Positions 1 to 11,881 of a stretch of 64,000 nucleotides of DNA are shown in pieces. Origin of the DNA: Eledone cirrhosa (Eukaryota). Positions within the stretch are counted from its first letter, which is position 1. Each line of letters starts with the position of its first letter. A model generated the notes under the pieces. It was not told the origin of the DNA. It saw only the letters and a program-made list of their open reading frames with translations, and did no database searches. The translations under genes and the position numbers were made by a program. The stretch lies in NCBI GenBank assembly GCA_964016885.1, contig OZ024741.1:229152001-229216000 (forward strand), in the 5' to 3' direction.

Positions 1-121
1 CTTTAATGTAGTTCTCATGGAGATTCAGCGTGTCACAGAATGTAACAAGACTGGCCCTTCAAATTACAAGTACAACTCATTGGACAGAGACAACGTGAAA
101 TAAAGTGTCTTGCTCAAGGAA
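1..121 (+). mobile_element. Fragment of a short interspersed repeat (SINE-like)
   Basis: GTAGTTCTC..GAGATTCAGC.TG.CACAGAATGT.ACAAG.CTGGCCCTT..AATTACA.GTACAACTCATT matches the reverse-strand copy at ~11610-11820. Confidence 0.65.
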
Positions 122-431
122 ACGGACACAGTAGAGCTAATAGATATGGATATATCTGTCTGCAACCTGGTTACTGTGAAACTGTGTCAGTAACTATCGC
201 AGTTAGTGCAACGGAAGTGTTGATACCAAAAGATTCACGAGTAGGCTGTTCTGTTCCTTGCAGTCTGTTTGGAAAAGTAAAGTTCCCAAATGCACCGGTA
301 ACTTTGCTAGACGTTTTGGGTCTCGTATTCTGGGCGAAATGATAAGTGTTATTGACGGACGTGAGAATGAATACTCAATACCAAAGTAGCCTTTAAATAA
401 TCATTTATAAAGGCTAATTGGTGAGCCTTGT

Positions 432-470
432 TACTCTGGAGTTTCACCTGCACAGTTGCAGGTTCATCAG
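432..470 (-). ncRNA. Hammerhead ribozyme core (type I, helix I degenerate)
   Basis: Minus strand: CTGATGA-acctgca/actg/tgcaggt-GAAAC-tccaga-GTA; 7-bp helix II and helix III actc/gagt; helix I pairs poorly. Confidence 0.65.
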
Positions 471-529
471 CTAAATTTATAGATGTTTGTGTTTTTAAAT
501 AGTTAAAAGGATTCTTTCACGCAGTAATT

Positions 530-716
530 GTTGTGTGTGTGTGTGCGCGTGTGTGTATGGACACGCATGTGTGTGTATGCGTGTGTAAATGTGTGTGTGT
601 GTGAGTGTGTGTGAAAGTGTGTAAGTGTGTGTGTGTGTGTGTTAGTGTGTGTGAATGTAAGTGTGTAAGTGTGTAAGTGTGTAAGTGTGTAAGTGTGTGT
701 GTGTGTGTATGTGTGT
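530..716. repeat. (TG)n / (TGTAAGTG)n microsatellite
   Basis: Direct reading. Confidence 0.9.
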
Positions 717-964
717 TTTACCGCCTACAATAAGTACCAGAGAAATATATATAATGTAGTCGATATGATTGACTACATTCTTGACAGTCTTTAAGAACTG
801 AAAAATGATTATATGTGTGTGTGTGTGTATATATATTTGTGTGTATGTATATTTGTGTGTATTTATGTATGCGTGTAATTATATGTAACATCTGCCAAAT
901 GTAGGCCCTTTGGTCTTATTTTAGTGATTCCACATTGATCTATATTTGCGCAGAAAACATTGGG

Positions 965-1010
<46 letters not shown>

Positions 1011-1083
1011 CCCCACCACCACCACCACCACTACTACTACTACTACCCCCACCACCACCACCACTACTACTACTACCCCCACC

Positions 1084-1115
<32 letters not shown>

Positions 1116-1116
1116 C

Positions 1117-1148
<32 letters not shown>

Positions 1149-1236
1149 GAGGAGGAGGAGGAGGAGGAGGAGGAGGATGAAGAGGAGGAGGAGGAGGAGG
1201 AGAGGAGGAAGATGAGGAAGAAGAGGAGAAGGAGGA
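965..1236. repeat. Compound trinucleotide tract (CTA)n/(CCA)n/(GTA)n/(GGA)n
   Basis: Direct reading; explains the poly-L/P/T/S ORFs. Confidence 0.95.
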
Positions 1237-1512
1237 CATGCGATAGCGCCAATGATTGTGGTAGTGGTGTTGGTGCTAATAATGGTACTACGTAGGCGGC
1301 AGCAGTGGTTGTCAGTTATAGGTATGCCATCGTCTATGCCAATATAGTTATGTTAACCATTTGTGTTCTTTTCAGTGTCATGATCTTGTGCCATTTCCTT
1401 CGGCTTGCTGTTCTGATGCTATATATCCATATGTCTATGTCAGTTTCTGTTTCCGCCCCCCCCCCCCCCCCCACTCTCTGTATATATGTATATATATATA
1501 TATATATATATA

Positions 1513-2410
1513 GGTAAGTTATTCCGGGTTGAATCGGAGGTAACCACAGTAAGTAAGGTACTCAATACGTAGCAGAGTTTTAATATAGATGAGATTCTAC
1601 AGGACTAGAACGGTTTCATTCTTGAGAAATCATCAGGAATCTGGCAATCCAAGTAAATATGGTGGTATTTATATCATTTCTGGTGGTAGGAGAGGGTGGG
1701 GAGTGGGATGGGTCATTTGTTCAAAGAAAGGGGAATTCATTAAAATCTAATTCTTTAAAGCTATAAATAAGCCAACCACCGCCGAATCCAAACCCCGGAC
1801 TGAGGCCTTGTGCAATTGCCTAAATAAGGAAGCCTAACCACTTGAAAACAAATGCCTGACAAATGATATCGTATACAAATGCGATGTCATCTCAAGTGAT
1901 GATTGCAACAACAAAAAGACTTACATCGGCATGACTTTCAATAACTTTAAGACCCGGTGGAATGCCCATACGACTCCTTCAGTTGACCGGACGAATCAAA
2001 TCAGACAACACTCGCCTCCTATGTTTCGGACCTCAAAATTAACTCCACCCCCTTCACGCTTAAATGGAAAATACTCCGTAAAGCGCGCTCATACAACGGA
2101 GGACACAAGTGCTGTGACCTTTGTATGTCAGAGAGCTACGAAATATTATTCGCCAAGGGCCCGCTAATGAACAAACTCTCTGAACACTGCTACATGCACA
2201 AAAACTTTGCAACTTTAAAATACCTTAAGCCAGTGTTAATGCCAGATGGCTAAAAAAGATTTCCCCTTTTCTTTTTTTTTTGTAACCCCCACTTGATAAA
2301 ATACCCCTCTACATCCTTCCCACCCTACCCTACCCATTCTTGACATGAAACACGGTACTATGGTCATGTAAGTACCTCTTACCTATCTGCATTTTCTGCT
2401 TGTAGAGCTG
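1513..2410 (+). mobile_element. Penelope-like element 3' fragment: inverted pLTR piece (1513-~1770) followed by decayed GIY-YIG endonuclease
   Basis: Translation near 1850-1970 KCLTNDIVYKCDV..KKTYIGMTFNNFKTRWNAH; 1575-1770 is the reverse complement of the pLTR at ~7430-7645. Confidence 0.85.
1592..1642 (-). ncRNA. Hammerhead ribozyme (type I, GUA site)
   Basis: agattc-CTGATGA-tttctcaagaat-GAAAC-cgttctagtcct-GTA-gaatct; helix I agattc/gaatct. Confidence 0.8.
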
Positions 2411-2414
2411 TATT

Positions 2415-2728
2415 TATGTGCCTGTGTATATGCGTATTTTTACGAGTACTTGTATGTACGTATTTGTATGAGTGGCTGTTCGTTTGTATGCGTATGGTTG
2501 TGTATGTCTGTATATGTGCATGTATGTATGTATGTTTATGTATATATATTTGTATATATGTATATATATATATATGTGTGTGTGTGTATATGAATGTATA
2601 TGTATGTATATGTATATATATATATATATGTGTATGTGTATATATATATATATATTTGTGTATATGTATATATATATATATATGTATATGTATGTGTATG
2701 TGTATTTGTGTATATGTGTATATATATA

Positions 2729-2761
<33 letters not shown>

Positions 2762-3292
2762 GTATACGTGTATATATATGTATATATGTATATGCATGTA
2801 GGTATGTATATGTGTATATGTGTGTGTATGTATGCATATGTGTATGTATGTGTGTATATACATATATATATATATGTATACATATATATATATGTGTGTG
2901 TGTGTGTGTGTATATGTACATATGTGTGTGTATGTGTTTGTATATATATGAGTATATATACATTTATTAGTGTGGCTGTGTGTGTACATGCATGTATATG
3001 TGTATGTATGTATACTTTTATGTGTATATATGTATGTGTATATGAATGTATATATGTGTGTATATATATGTATATATATATATATGTGTGCATATGTGTA
3101 TATATATGTATGTGTATGTGTGTATATATGTGTGTATGTATGCATATGTCTATATGTATATGTATGCATATATGTGTATATGTATATATATGTATATATA
3201 TATATATATATGTATATGTGTGTGTATGTATATGTGTATATGTATGTATATGTATATGTATATGTATATATAAATATATATATATATATATT
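2415..3292. repeat. Compound (TA)n/(TG)n/(TATG)n microsatellite
   Basis: Direct reading; similar tracts recur through the window. Confidence 0.95.
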
Positions 3293-3299
3293 TATTTAT

Positions 3300-4170
3300 T
3301 TAGGTTTGTTGGTTCACCACTGGATAGAATTGGTCATTCCGTATGGTCAATCTTGATGCAATATTATGGAAAGTACTCAACGTGGTGTAGTTCACCTGTC
3401 TTCGTTTGTGTAGTTGGTGGTGCGAATACGGAGTCAATTATTATGAATAAAATAACAAGAGACTGGACTGGTGTAAATCCTTGAAAGATTTAATATACTA
3501 TGATCATTTCAATGACCGGGTTCCGTATGAATCCGGTGATATCATCAGGTATTCGAAATATAACAAAGGAATATATAAAAATCAATGGGTCCGAAAATCA
3601 GAGACAGAGACTGACCAACTAGCTGTTTTCACCTCGGTCAGTCGCCCTCAAGTGATGGCTATTCGGTCTACTAATGACCATCTGGTAACGGGGCGAAGAG
3701 AATAAAAAAAGAGAAGAAAGAAAGAAAAAGGAAAAGTCAGCGTCAGGGTCACACTACAGTCATGCTAAGAAAACGCCGTGAAAAATGTTATTCCAAAGAA
3801 CCTATATATTAACAAAGGCATATATAATGGGTGTCTGTATGGTCAAATGTGTGAACAGAAAATTGAAACGTTAACTTATGTTATGAGTTAAAGGATGAAA
3901 TTAAATTAAAAGTTAAAAAATTAAGAGTTAAAAGAAAAGAAATTAAAAAAATATATATATATATCATAAAACATGTCTATAGAATCACAAGATAAAATAT
4001 ATACTATTTCCTCTCCCAATTAGCATAATTAACTATATAAAAAATCGAATAGACCAGGCTATAAGAATGAAGCTTCTATGAAGAAATCTTTGACAAATAA
4101 CCGAAACTAGCGCTTCGCGTCGGCCGTAGCGGAATATTTATCGAATATTTCGACAGCGTAATCGCCCAGA
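3300..4170 (-). mobile_element. Non-coding pLTR-like/retrozyme-like element between (TA)n tracts
   Basis: Unique sequence bounded by TA tracts, carries a hammerhead on the minus strand, no coding remnant recognised. Confidence 0.55.
3495..3552 (-). ncRNA. Hammerhead ribozyme (palindromic helix III ATGATCAT, AUA site)
   Basis: atac-CTGATGA-[accgg..ccggt helix II]-GAAA-tgatca-TA-gtat. Confidence 0.75.
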
Positions 4171-4289
4171 TTATATGTATATATGTGTATATTTGTATAT
4201 ATATATGTGTGTGTATATGTATATATGTGTATATATATGTTTATATGTATGTATATATATATGTATGTATGTGTATATGTATGTGTGTG

Positions 4290-4345
<56 letters not shown>

Positions 4346-4349
4346 ATGT

Positions 4350-4407
4350 GTGTGTCCCACCCTTGCAAGCAGGGAAAAGCGGACGTAAAATGATGATGAT
4401 GATGATG
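4350..4407 (+). mobile_element. RTE LINE extreme 3' end with (GAT)n tail
   Basis: ccc.tgcaagc..ggaa....ggacgt.aaa.gatgatgat resembles the 3' terminus of the RTE at 48650-48705 (reverse strand). Confidence 0.65.
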
Positions 4408-4459
<52 letters not shown>

Positions 4460-4461
<2 letters not shown>

Positions 4462-5434
4462 CGAAGGAAATGTGGTAAGGAACCAGGTGGACCATAACGC
4501 ACCAAAGTACTCAATACTTAGGGTAGTAAAGTTGGTAATAGGAACGAGTAGGACCCCGACGTCTGAGCTCAAGCCGTTTCGACGGCGGGGGGGGGGGGGA
4601 TTCTGAATTAATTTTCCGTATCATATTTTACATATACTTCGTACGAGCATTTATGTAGTTTGCACTAGAATTTTTGTAGCGTGGCGGCACCCTTAGTGAT
4701 AGTATTAGTATTCTTTTTCGGGATTCTGAATTATTATTTCGTATTAGTTTGTTTTTTTTGCACTGTGTGGTTGCTGGCCTTGTGCCTGGGGTAGAAACCT
4801 TTATTTCGTACTGGTCTCGGGACTCTGATTTATTATTTCGTGGTAGTTTCTTTAGTATTTTGGCCCCCCACTTGTTGACCCGTCACTGTAAGATATATTC
4901 GGTTGTTTACTTATACCTCTTAAAAGGGCCTATTATAATTCCGTCCCACCTAGTAAACCTTTCTTTAGTCTAGCAGTACCAGTGAGAGACTTGATAGCTG
5001 TCCTTAGGTTATAGTAACCAGAAATTGTTTTTTCTTTACACTTAATTGTTTTTTAACACTCCCGGTATTTTTCTATATATTTACCCCATATTGTTTTACT
5101 TATTGTTTCGACTTCCTCCACCCCTAGTATCTTCTTTGACCTCCTGCCCAGCCGTAGTTGGCACTATCAACGCACGGCTGGGTTTCTTCCACCCCCTCTC
5201 CCTCTTTCTTCTACTGGCAGGTTCAGCTACCCCTTCCCTCCACAAATTGCCATGATAGAATTATTATGTCTCAACAACCAACTTTTGACCAATCCTTGTG
5301 ACAATCACTTTTACCATATATAGAATTACCCCCCTGAGAAGCTCGGCTATTCAAATACCAGGATAAAAATCTTCATTTAGTCCAGAATTAGCCGTCGAAA
5401 CGGCTTGAGCTCAGCCGTCGGGGTCCTACTCGTT

Positions 5435-5436
<2 letters not shown>
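4460..5436 (+). mobile_element. Non-coding Penelope-like element (family A): inverted 3' tail at 4460-4586 plus body ending in a hammerhead
   Basis: Homologous to 32185-33116; 4539-4585 is the reverse complement of 5392-5437; flanked by (TA)n. Confidence 0.8.
5330..5424 (+). ncRNA. Hammerhead ribozyme, family A (C3/A8 mismatch in this copy)
   Basis: cccc-CTGAGAA-[ggcta..tagcc helix II]-GAAAC-ggct tgagctc agcc-GTC-gggg. Confidence 0.7.
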
Positions 5437-5484
<48 letters not shown>

Positions 5485-5623
5485 GTAGTAAGAAACACAG
5501 TAAATCGTGTGTCTACTATTACGAGGGTTGAAGAACCACATTTGTTTGAAATATTTAACCATGAAGCAGACAGAATGATGAAATAAAATAAAATTATACA
5601 AACCGCCTCAATAACAATTATAT

Positions 5624-5703
5624 CTCTCGGACAGATTAGGGATTAATCTGTTTCGCCCTGAGTGTTTTTGTAACAGATAATTCACGCGCATCATCAGCGA
5701 GAG
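5624..5703 (-). ncRNA. Hammerhead ribozyme (canonical core, 8-bp helix III, GUC site)
   Basis: ctctcg-CTGATGA-..gggc-GAAAC-agatta atccc taatct-GTC-cgagag. Confidence 0.85.
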
Positions 5704-6178
5704 AATCTGATTAAATGCGACAAACACCTAGCACTAACGTTCACACAGAAAAATGAATTCATGACCTCGTGTGCCGTAAGTCAAAAGTGGTGTGAGTCTA
5801 TTGGTTAGAAATAACAGTCCAACACACTCAACTTAATGAGCTCACCTCTTGAGGGTGCGGAGTATTTATACTTTGAGCTTGTTTATTACAGGGTTTCAGT
5901 ATAAGTTATTAACTCTAACTTTCATTTATATATATATATATATATATAAATATATATATATAAGAAAAATGGAGTGCTGCGTGGTTGCACATGGGTTACA
6001 TATGAATAAAATTAGTCCTTCATCAGTGCTCTTCCAACCTTCATTGGTATTTCATCGCTTTAAAAATCATATACCTCTGGTTGAAGCGAGCAATAACTAA
6101 ATAAAGTTATTGAGACAAGTAAAATAGGGTGAAGCGATGGAGACATGTAAATGGTATTGCAACGGATATATATATATA

Positions 6179-6253
<75 letters not shown>

Positions 6254-6261
6254 ATATAATA

Positions 6262-6411
6262 TAACCAGATGTGAGAAAAACCACAGACCCTCCATCTCAA
6301 CTCACCTTTTGAAAAGCAGAAGAACTGCGAAACCGGTAAAGGAACCAAATAAATATATATATTTTTAAAAAAAATAAGACTTCAGTTGCATTTTCGATTT
6401 CATCCCTTTTT

Positions 6412-6415
<4 letters not shown>
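6262..6415 (+). mobile_element. Short non-coding pLTR fragment (family B) in (TA)n
   Basis: Near-identical copy at 26396-26510; contains a hammerhead. Confidence 0.75.
6305..6342 (+). ncRNA. Minimal hammerhead, U3-A8 core variant
   Basis: cctt-TTGAAAA-gcag aagaa ctgc-GAAAC-cg-GTA-aagg; palindromic helix III ACCGGT. Confidence 0.8.
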
Positions 6416-6501
<86 letters not shown>

Positions 6502-7159
6502 GTATATATAAATAAATAAATACATACACAAGCACAATAACAACAAGCACATAAACACACACTAGTCACCCATCACACAGCAAACAAAACTCTATACACA
6601 TACGCAAACGCATGCGCAAAGAAGACAAAATAAAATAAACAAACAAGCAAATAAATAAATAAATATATAGACAGACTGAATAAAAATGGCGTAGACATAC
6701 AATACAACATGAGGAAACGATAACACCACTGACGATGTTGCAGATGTGCAACGGAAGATTGATGATAAACTATATATATGTGTTTGTGTCTATATTGTAT
6801 CTGTATTATTTTTGACCGTCGGTCAGTCAATGGCAACATTGAGGACCGAGTAAGTTAGATTACCGATATAAAAGACACAGAAGCGAGAAGCGAAAACCAA
6901 CCAAACAGTGAGTGTGTTCTGTTATTAATTCTGGCAATATTACACAAATATGACCCTCCCCAAGTATAACAATATTTGTTTCGACACACGATTCCATATA
7001 AAAAACCTCGCAAAACTATATATATATATGTGTGTGTATATATGTGTATATATATATATATGTGTGTATGTGTGTGTATGTGTATATGTGTGTATATGTT
7101 TGTATATTTGTATATGTGTATATTTATATATATGTGTGTGTGGGTGTATGTGAATGTGT

Positions 7160-7645
7160 CTGTAGACACCTGAAATATAGCTTAGAGAAACATGACAATA
7201 AGGGAAATATTTGAACTGATTTATAGAATTCTTTTTGCCTTTGTCACTCTAAATAGAGCTTTAAAGAATTAGCTTTTAAAGAATTTCCCTTTTCTTTAAA
7301 CCCATCAACCATGACTGAGCCCCAACCATCTTATAGACACCTGAAATATAGGTATGGCAGGCTTAAGAGAAACTTAAAAATAAGGAGTGGCACACCAATT
7401 TGATCTTCTTTATAGAATTCGTTCTGCCACTGTCACTCTAAATATAAATTATAGCTTTAAAGAATTAGCTTTTAATGAATTCTCTTTTCTTTCAACCAAT
7501 GACCTCCACCCATCCCACTCCCCACCCTATCCTACCAACAGAAATGATATAAATACCAACATATTTACTTGGACAGCCAGATTCCTGATGATTTCACAAG
7601 AATAAAACAGTTCTAGTCTTGTAGAATCTCACCTATATTAAAACT
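7160..7645 (+). mobile_element. Penelope pLTR fragment with internal tandem duplication
   Basis: tagacacctgaaatatag.. repeated at ~7163 and ~7334; 3' part is the reverse complement of 1575-1770. Confidence 0.7.
7579..7629 (+). ncRNA. Hammerhead ribozyme, degenerate (GAAA->AAAA)
   Basis: agattc-CTGATGA-tttcacaagaat-AAAAC-agttctagtctt-GTA-gaatct; same family as 1592-1642. Confidence 0.7.
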
Positions 7646-7721
7646 ATATATATATATATCAGTCTTTCTCTCTCCCTCCCTCTCTCTCTCTCTCTCTGTG
7701 TATATAATATATATATATATA

Positions 7722-9698
7722 TAACCAGAATTTAGAAAGGATGCGTAAAAATATCAGAAAGCTTTTTAAGGAACTAGGATTAAATATTACATTTGAATAT
7801 AACCTCAAAGAGGTTAATTTCCTTGATGTTACTTTGAATCTCAATACAGAAACGATTAAACCGTTCCATAAACTAAATGAGAACCTTAAATATGTAAATA
7901 CGGGTTCTAACCATCCACCCTCTATAATTAAATCCATCCCTAGAAATATTTCCCTTAGAATCTCCCGCCTGTCGTCCAACCAGCAAACCTTCAAAGAACA
8001 TGCCGAATATTATGATACACTTAGGAAGGCTGGACACCTAGATAATATAGAGTATGTAGTCGACGATCACCAAAACACCCAAAATAAATCTCATAGAGGT
8101 AGAAATAGCATAGAATCACCACCATACATACACTACCGCAATAGACACACTAATAGTCGCACACCACCAAACAGAAGGCGATGTAAAGAGTATATATGGT
8201 ACAACCCGGTCTATAACAACTCTATTAAAACCAATCTACCCTCACAATTCTTTCGATTAGTTAAAAAACACTTTCCAACATCACATAAATATAATAAAAT
8301 CTTAAACCCTAACACTATTCGACTTTCATATTCAACCGCCCCTAATATTGAACAACATATAAAAAAGCTTAACGCAAAACGGTTGTATAAACGCCTTCCA
8401 ACACATAACAATACACGTAAAACATCGGCTATAACATCACAAAACAACAAACAACATCCCGTCCTACCTAAGCAACCTCATCAACCCATCCATGCCAATA
8501 CAACAACACAAAATTATAACTGTAACTGTCCAACCAGGAATGTGTCCGTTGAACAATCAGTGTCTTGAACGCAACATCATATACAAATGTACTATTGAAT
8601 CGGATAGCCAGAAGTGGTACTACGTGGGGTCTACAGCCACCTCCTTCAAATCTCGCCTTTATAGACATCGTTACTCGATAAAACATGAAAGCCAGCGTTA
8701 TGTAACAACACTCGCAGACAAGGCTTGGCAGCTGCGCGAAAATAACCAACAATTTAACCTAAAATGGGATATAATAGCGCTACCCCTCCATAACCCACGG
8801 ACAGGAATTTTGTAAATTGTGTAATATGGAATTATTTTGTATTATGAAATCCTAAAATATTTTATTAAAAAACAGAATAGAGCGATCGTTATACTGTAAC
8901 CATCGCTTGAAATCTACATTTTCATATTACAAACACTACCAGGATTGAACGCCTGTCTCCATCTCCGTTTGATTGTCAAAATACATATTAATATTCTCTA
9001 TCAGTCTTAATTCTATCAACTCTTCTGTTCTTTACCATTTAATATAAACTGCTATAGATAAAATGAGATTTCTTAATTCAATTCCCTAATGCATATACCA
9101 GCAGGCTACCAGTATTTTTGTTATTCAGTAGCAGTGAAAACCTCCCTCTTCCTTAATTGACACTTTATATCTATTAATACTACTACACCAAACGACCAGC
9201 CCTGTCCATTGTTCAATTGGTCAAGTATAGATTAAAATAGGCACTCCCAAAAATTCTTATTTAGATAAAATAAACCATATACTCATTGTATTCTCATTAG
9301 AAACCCTTTATATACGTGTTTACCAGTAAATTGAATTGCCATGCCATATACTATCCCCTCTTCCTTTCTTACAACTAATATAAATACTTCAATTTTTCTG
9401 ATTTTTTCCAATTTATCCAATATCTCTGAAGAAGTGACAACTGATTATACATTTGCTATCGAATACTTGCTAACGTTATATGATTACGCAAGCAACGATA
9501 CATAGGTATTCCGTCTGTTCCAGAAACATATGTCAATACCTAATAAATTCCTTTTTTTAAAAAGCACTTTCATTTTATATTCATCTTTTCTACATTTTCT
9601 CCGGATTATAATTTATACTCGTTGAGCAAACCTACACGTACGCTGTTCATCTCTAACGTGACGATATATTATCACTACATTATTGATAACCTGAAATT

Positions 9699-9700
<2 letters not shown>
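7722..9700 (+). mobile_element. 5'-truncated Penelope-like retroelement: RT C-terminus, GIY-YIG (frameshifted), 3' pLTR
   Basis: VNFLDVTLNL..YVNTGSNHPPSIIKSIP..IWYNPVY; CPLNNQCLERNIIYKC..YYVGSTATSFKSR; flanked by (TA)n. Confidence 0.9.
9410..9549 (+). ncRNA. Hammerhead with ~90-nt helix II insert
   Basis: CTGAAGA (9426-9432) ... GAAAC-atat-GTC (9523-9534); distal helix I aatttat/ataaatt. Confidence 0.6.
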
Positions 9701-9731
<31 letters not shown>

Positions 9732-9739
9732 ATATATAT

Positions 9740-10590
9740 GGGATACCAAGTTATCGTTTTAGATAATCCAGTTAGAGGTTGTGAGTACTTTGTACTGTGG
9801 ATAGTTTTAACGTACGGCGTTGTTTGACTCAACAAGAGGTTTCCTTAGGTAGAGAGTTTACGAGAATTCTCATGTCGAGAATTCCCATGTTTACGAGAAT
9901 AAAATGGTCGGCTGTACACAACGGTTTTATTTACAGTGTTAACAAATGTTTCATTGGTCAGTTTATGAAGCTGTAGTCACTTCCAACCGACCAAATCAAC
10001 CACACGAGGTCAAATCCTATGTGGGTATGGCGGAGGGCCGATTTAAGGAATGCTTCTTGAACCACCAGTCGACCTATAGTTACCCGGACAGACGTTCATC
10101 CACGAAACTCGCGAGCCACGTATGGTCCCTCAAGGACTCAAGTATAGACTACTCCATTCAATGGAAAGCCATCACTAGGTCCAAGCCATACGCAAGGGGC
10201 AATCCGTCGTGTGGACTATGTATTGATGAACGAATAAATATTCTAAAGAGATTACGCAATAGTGATTGCCTAAACACGAGAAATGAATTCTTCAAACGTT
10301 GTCCACACGTCTGGAAACACCTCTTACATAACTACAAAGCTCCGGATTGAATTACAACAACATCCTAATTTTCTTATCAACTAGAAACTTTTCGGACTTT
10401 CACAATTATCTCCCTTACACCTCTCGCACGCAATTTAGTATTGCCTGTGTGAAGTGATCGTTTCTGCGCATGCGCGTTCATACGGTTGTCCTTCATGTTC
10501 CGTATAACCATGTCCATTACGAGCTGAGGATCCGCTAAGGTGAAACAATTGTTCTCGGTATGGTGAGCTAACTGTATGGTGAACTAACTA
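9740..10590 (+). mobile_element. Penelope-like 3' fragment with intact-looking GIY-YIG ORF (9946-10350) and pLTR
   Basis: VYEAVVT..SYVGMAEGRFKE..W.I..CGLCIDE..LNTRNE..CPH. Confidence 0.9.
10520..10557 (+). ncRNA. Minimal hammerhead ribozyme (GUU site)
   Basis: cgag-CTGAGGA-tccgctaaggt-GAAAC-aatt-GTT-ctcg. Confidence 0.85.
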
Positions 10591-10606
10591 TATATATATA
10601 GAGAGA

Positions 10607-10915
10607 GAGTGGAAACTCGGTTCGCGAACACCTCTCATCACGAACAAATCAGTTCGCGAAAAGTTTTTCCGAACATGAAATGTCTCCGGTGACAAACAGT
10701 GTCCCGATTAGTGAACAAAAAACCCGGCAACGACAGTTGGCGACAAGCTGGGACTTTCGGCGTGAAAGCGTATTTAGAGCGTAATTTGCTGTGTAGTTGG
10801 TTACTATGGTGATATCTGTCTTCCACACACAGTTTCCTTCATATTGTATTTCTCTCAACAGTCCGTATGGGGAAAATAATTTCGGTTTACGATCATTTCA
10901 GGTGATGAACTGTAT
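10607..10915. mobile_element. Degenerate Tc1/mariner (pogo/Tigger-like) MITE
   Basis: Begins AGTGGAAACTCGGTTCGCGAAC (resembles CAGTGGAACCTCG-type TIR), repeated cgaac motifs, ends ACTGTA. Confidence 0.45.
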
Positions 10916-10916
10916 A

Positions 10917-10999
<83 letters not shown>

Positions 11000-11001
<2 letters not shown>

Positions 11002-11510
11002 GGTTAGTCTTGAGCGCTACTTGTAACATGTAACCCAGTACAATCTGTCATATGGTTAGGTCGTCAGTGACTAAACCGGCAACCCCACCAAGTTTATTTG
11101 GTGAGGAGGGTGATTTTGGACACCCTGCAGACCAAAAAACAAAACCTGACAAAATGCGGGAGAACTCATAAGAGTCAATGCCCATCCAAAAATGTGTAAA
11201 TGTTTATATACATATATGCATGTGTATGTATATGTGCGGGGACATAGAAGTAATTGGGCTGGATTCCCGATCACGGGGTTAAACCACTGGGAGTGAAAGA
11301 CCTCTATCCTTTGTCAGTTGCCTTCTTCTAGAAGGCAACTCAGGAAATGGGGATAACCCCGACATGAAACCTGCGGCTCAGTAGTTACCGATGATGTTGA
11401 TCTTTTCTTCTTTTCGGGTTATAGCTACTGTCGCTCAGAGAGTGGGATTGGCTCAGTGGACAGTCTTTCCTCACACTAAAAATATCTTCACGAACAGGCA
11501 TTGCACGATA
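11000..11510 (+). mobile_element. Fragments of RTE-associated 5' non-coding module
   Basis: 11000-11190 homologous to the unit head at 12351-12545; 11236-11510 homologous to 41665-41940. Confidence 0.65.
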
Positions 11511-11609
11511 GAATTAATTAAGAATTATTAATAATGGTATATCATGCAATGGCCATACTCGATAACGAGGGGGCATCGATCATGTATGTATGTATGTATA
11601 TTGCTCTCG

Positions 11610-11820
11610 TCAGCCCAGCTGGGAAAAATGAGTTGTACCTGTAATTCGAAGGGCCAGCCTTGTCACATTCTGTGTCATGCTGAATCTCCCAGAGAACTAC
11701 GTTAAGGGCACGCGTGTCTGTGGAATGCTCAGCCACTTGCATGTTAATTTCACGAGCAGGCTGTTCCATTGATCGGATCAATTGGATCACTCCTCGTCGT
11801 TTCCGACTGAGTGCCAGTCT
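11610..11820 (-). mobile_element. SINE-like repeat (same family as 1-121)
   Basis: Reverse-complement similarity; flanked by (TATG)n. Confidence 0.65.
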
Positions 11821-11850
11821 CTTATGTACGTATGTATGTATGTATGTATG

Positions 11851-11880
<30 letters not shown>

Positions 11881-11881
<1 letters not shown>

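Noticed and set aside
935-3484. Long YI/VC/HT and homopolymer ORFs (also throughout the window)
   Set aside because: Translations of dinucleotide and trinucleotide microsatellites; no evidence of coding
5965-6040. Minus-strand CTGATGA in a TA-flanked fragment
   Set aside because: No GAAA half or helix I partner found
6722-6860. CTGACGA followed by a gttgca/tgcaac hairpin
   Set aside because: No convincing GAAA/helix III/helix I; only the element's 3' end matches 34780-34840
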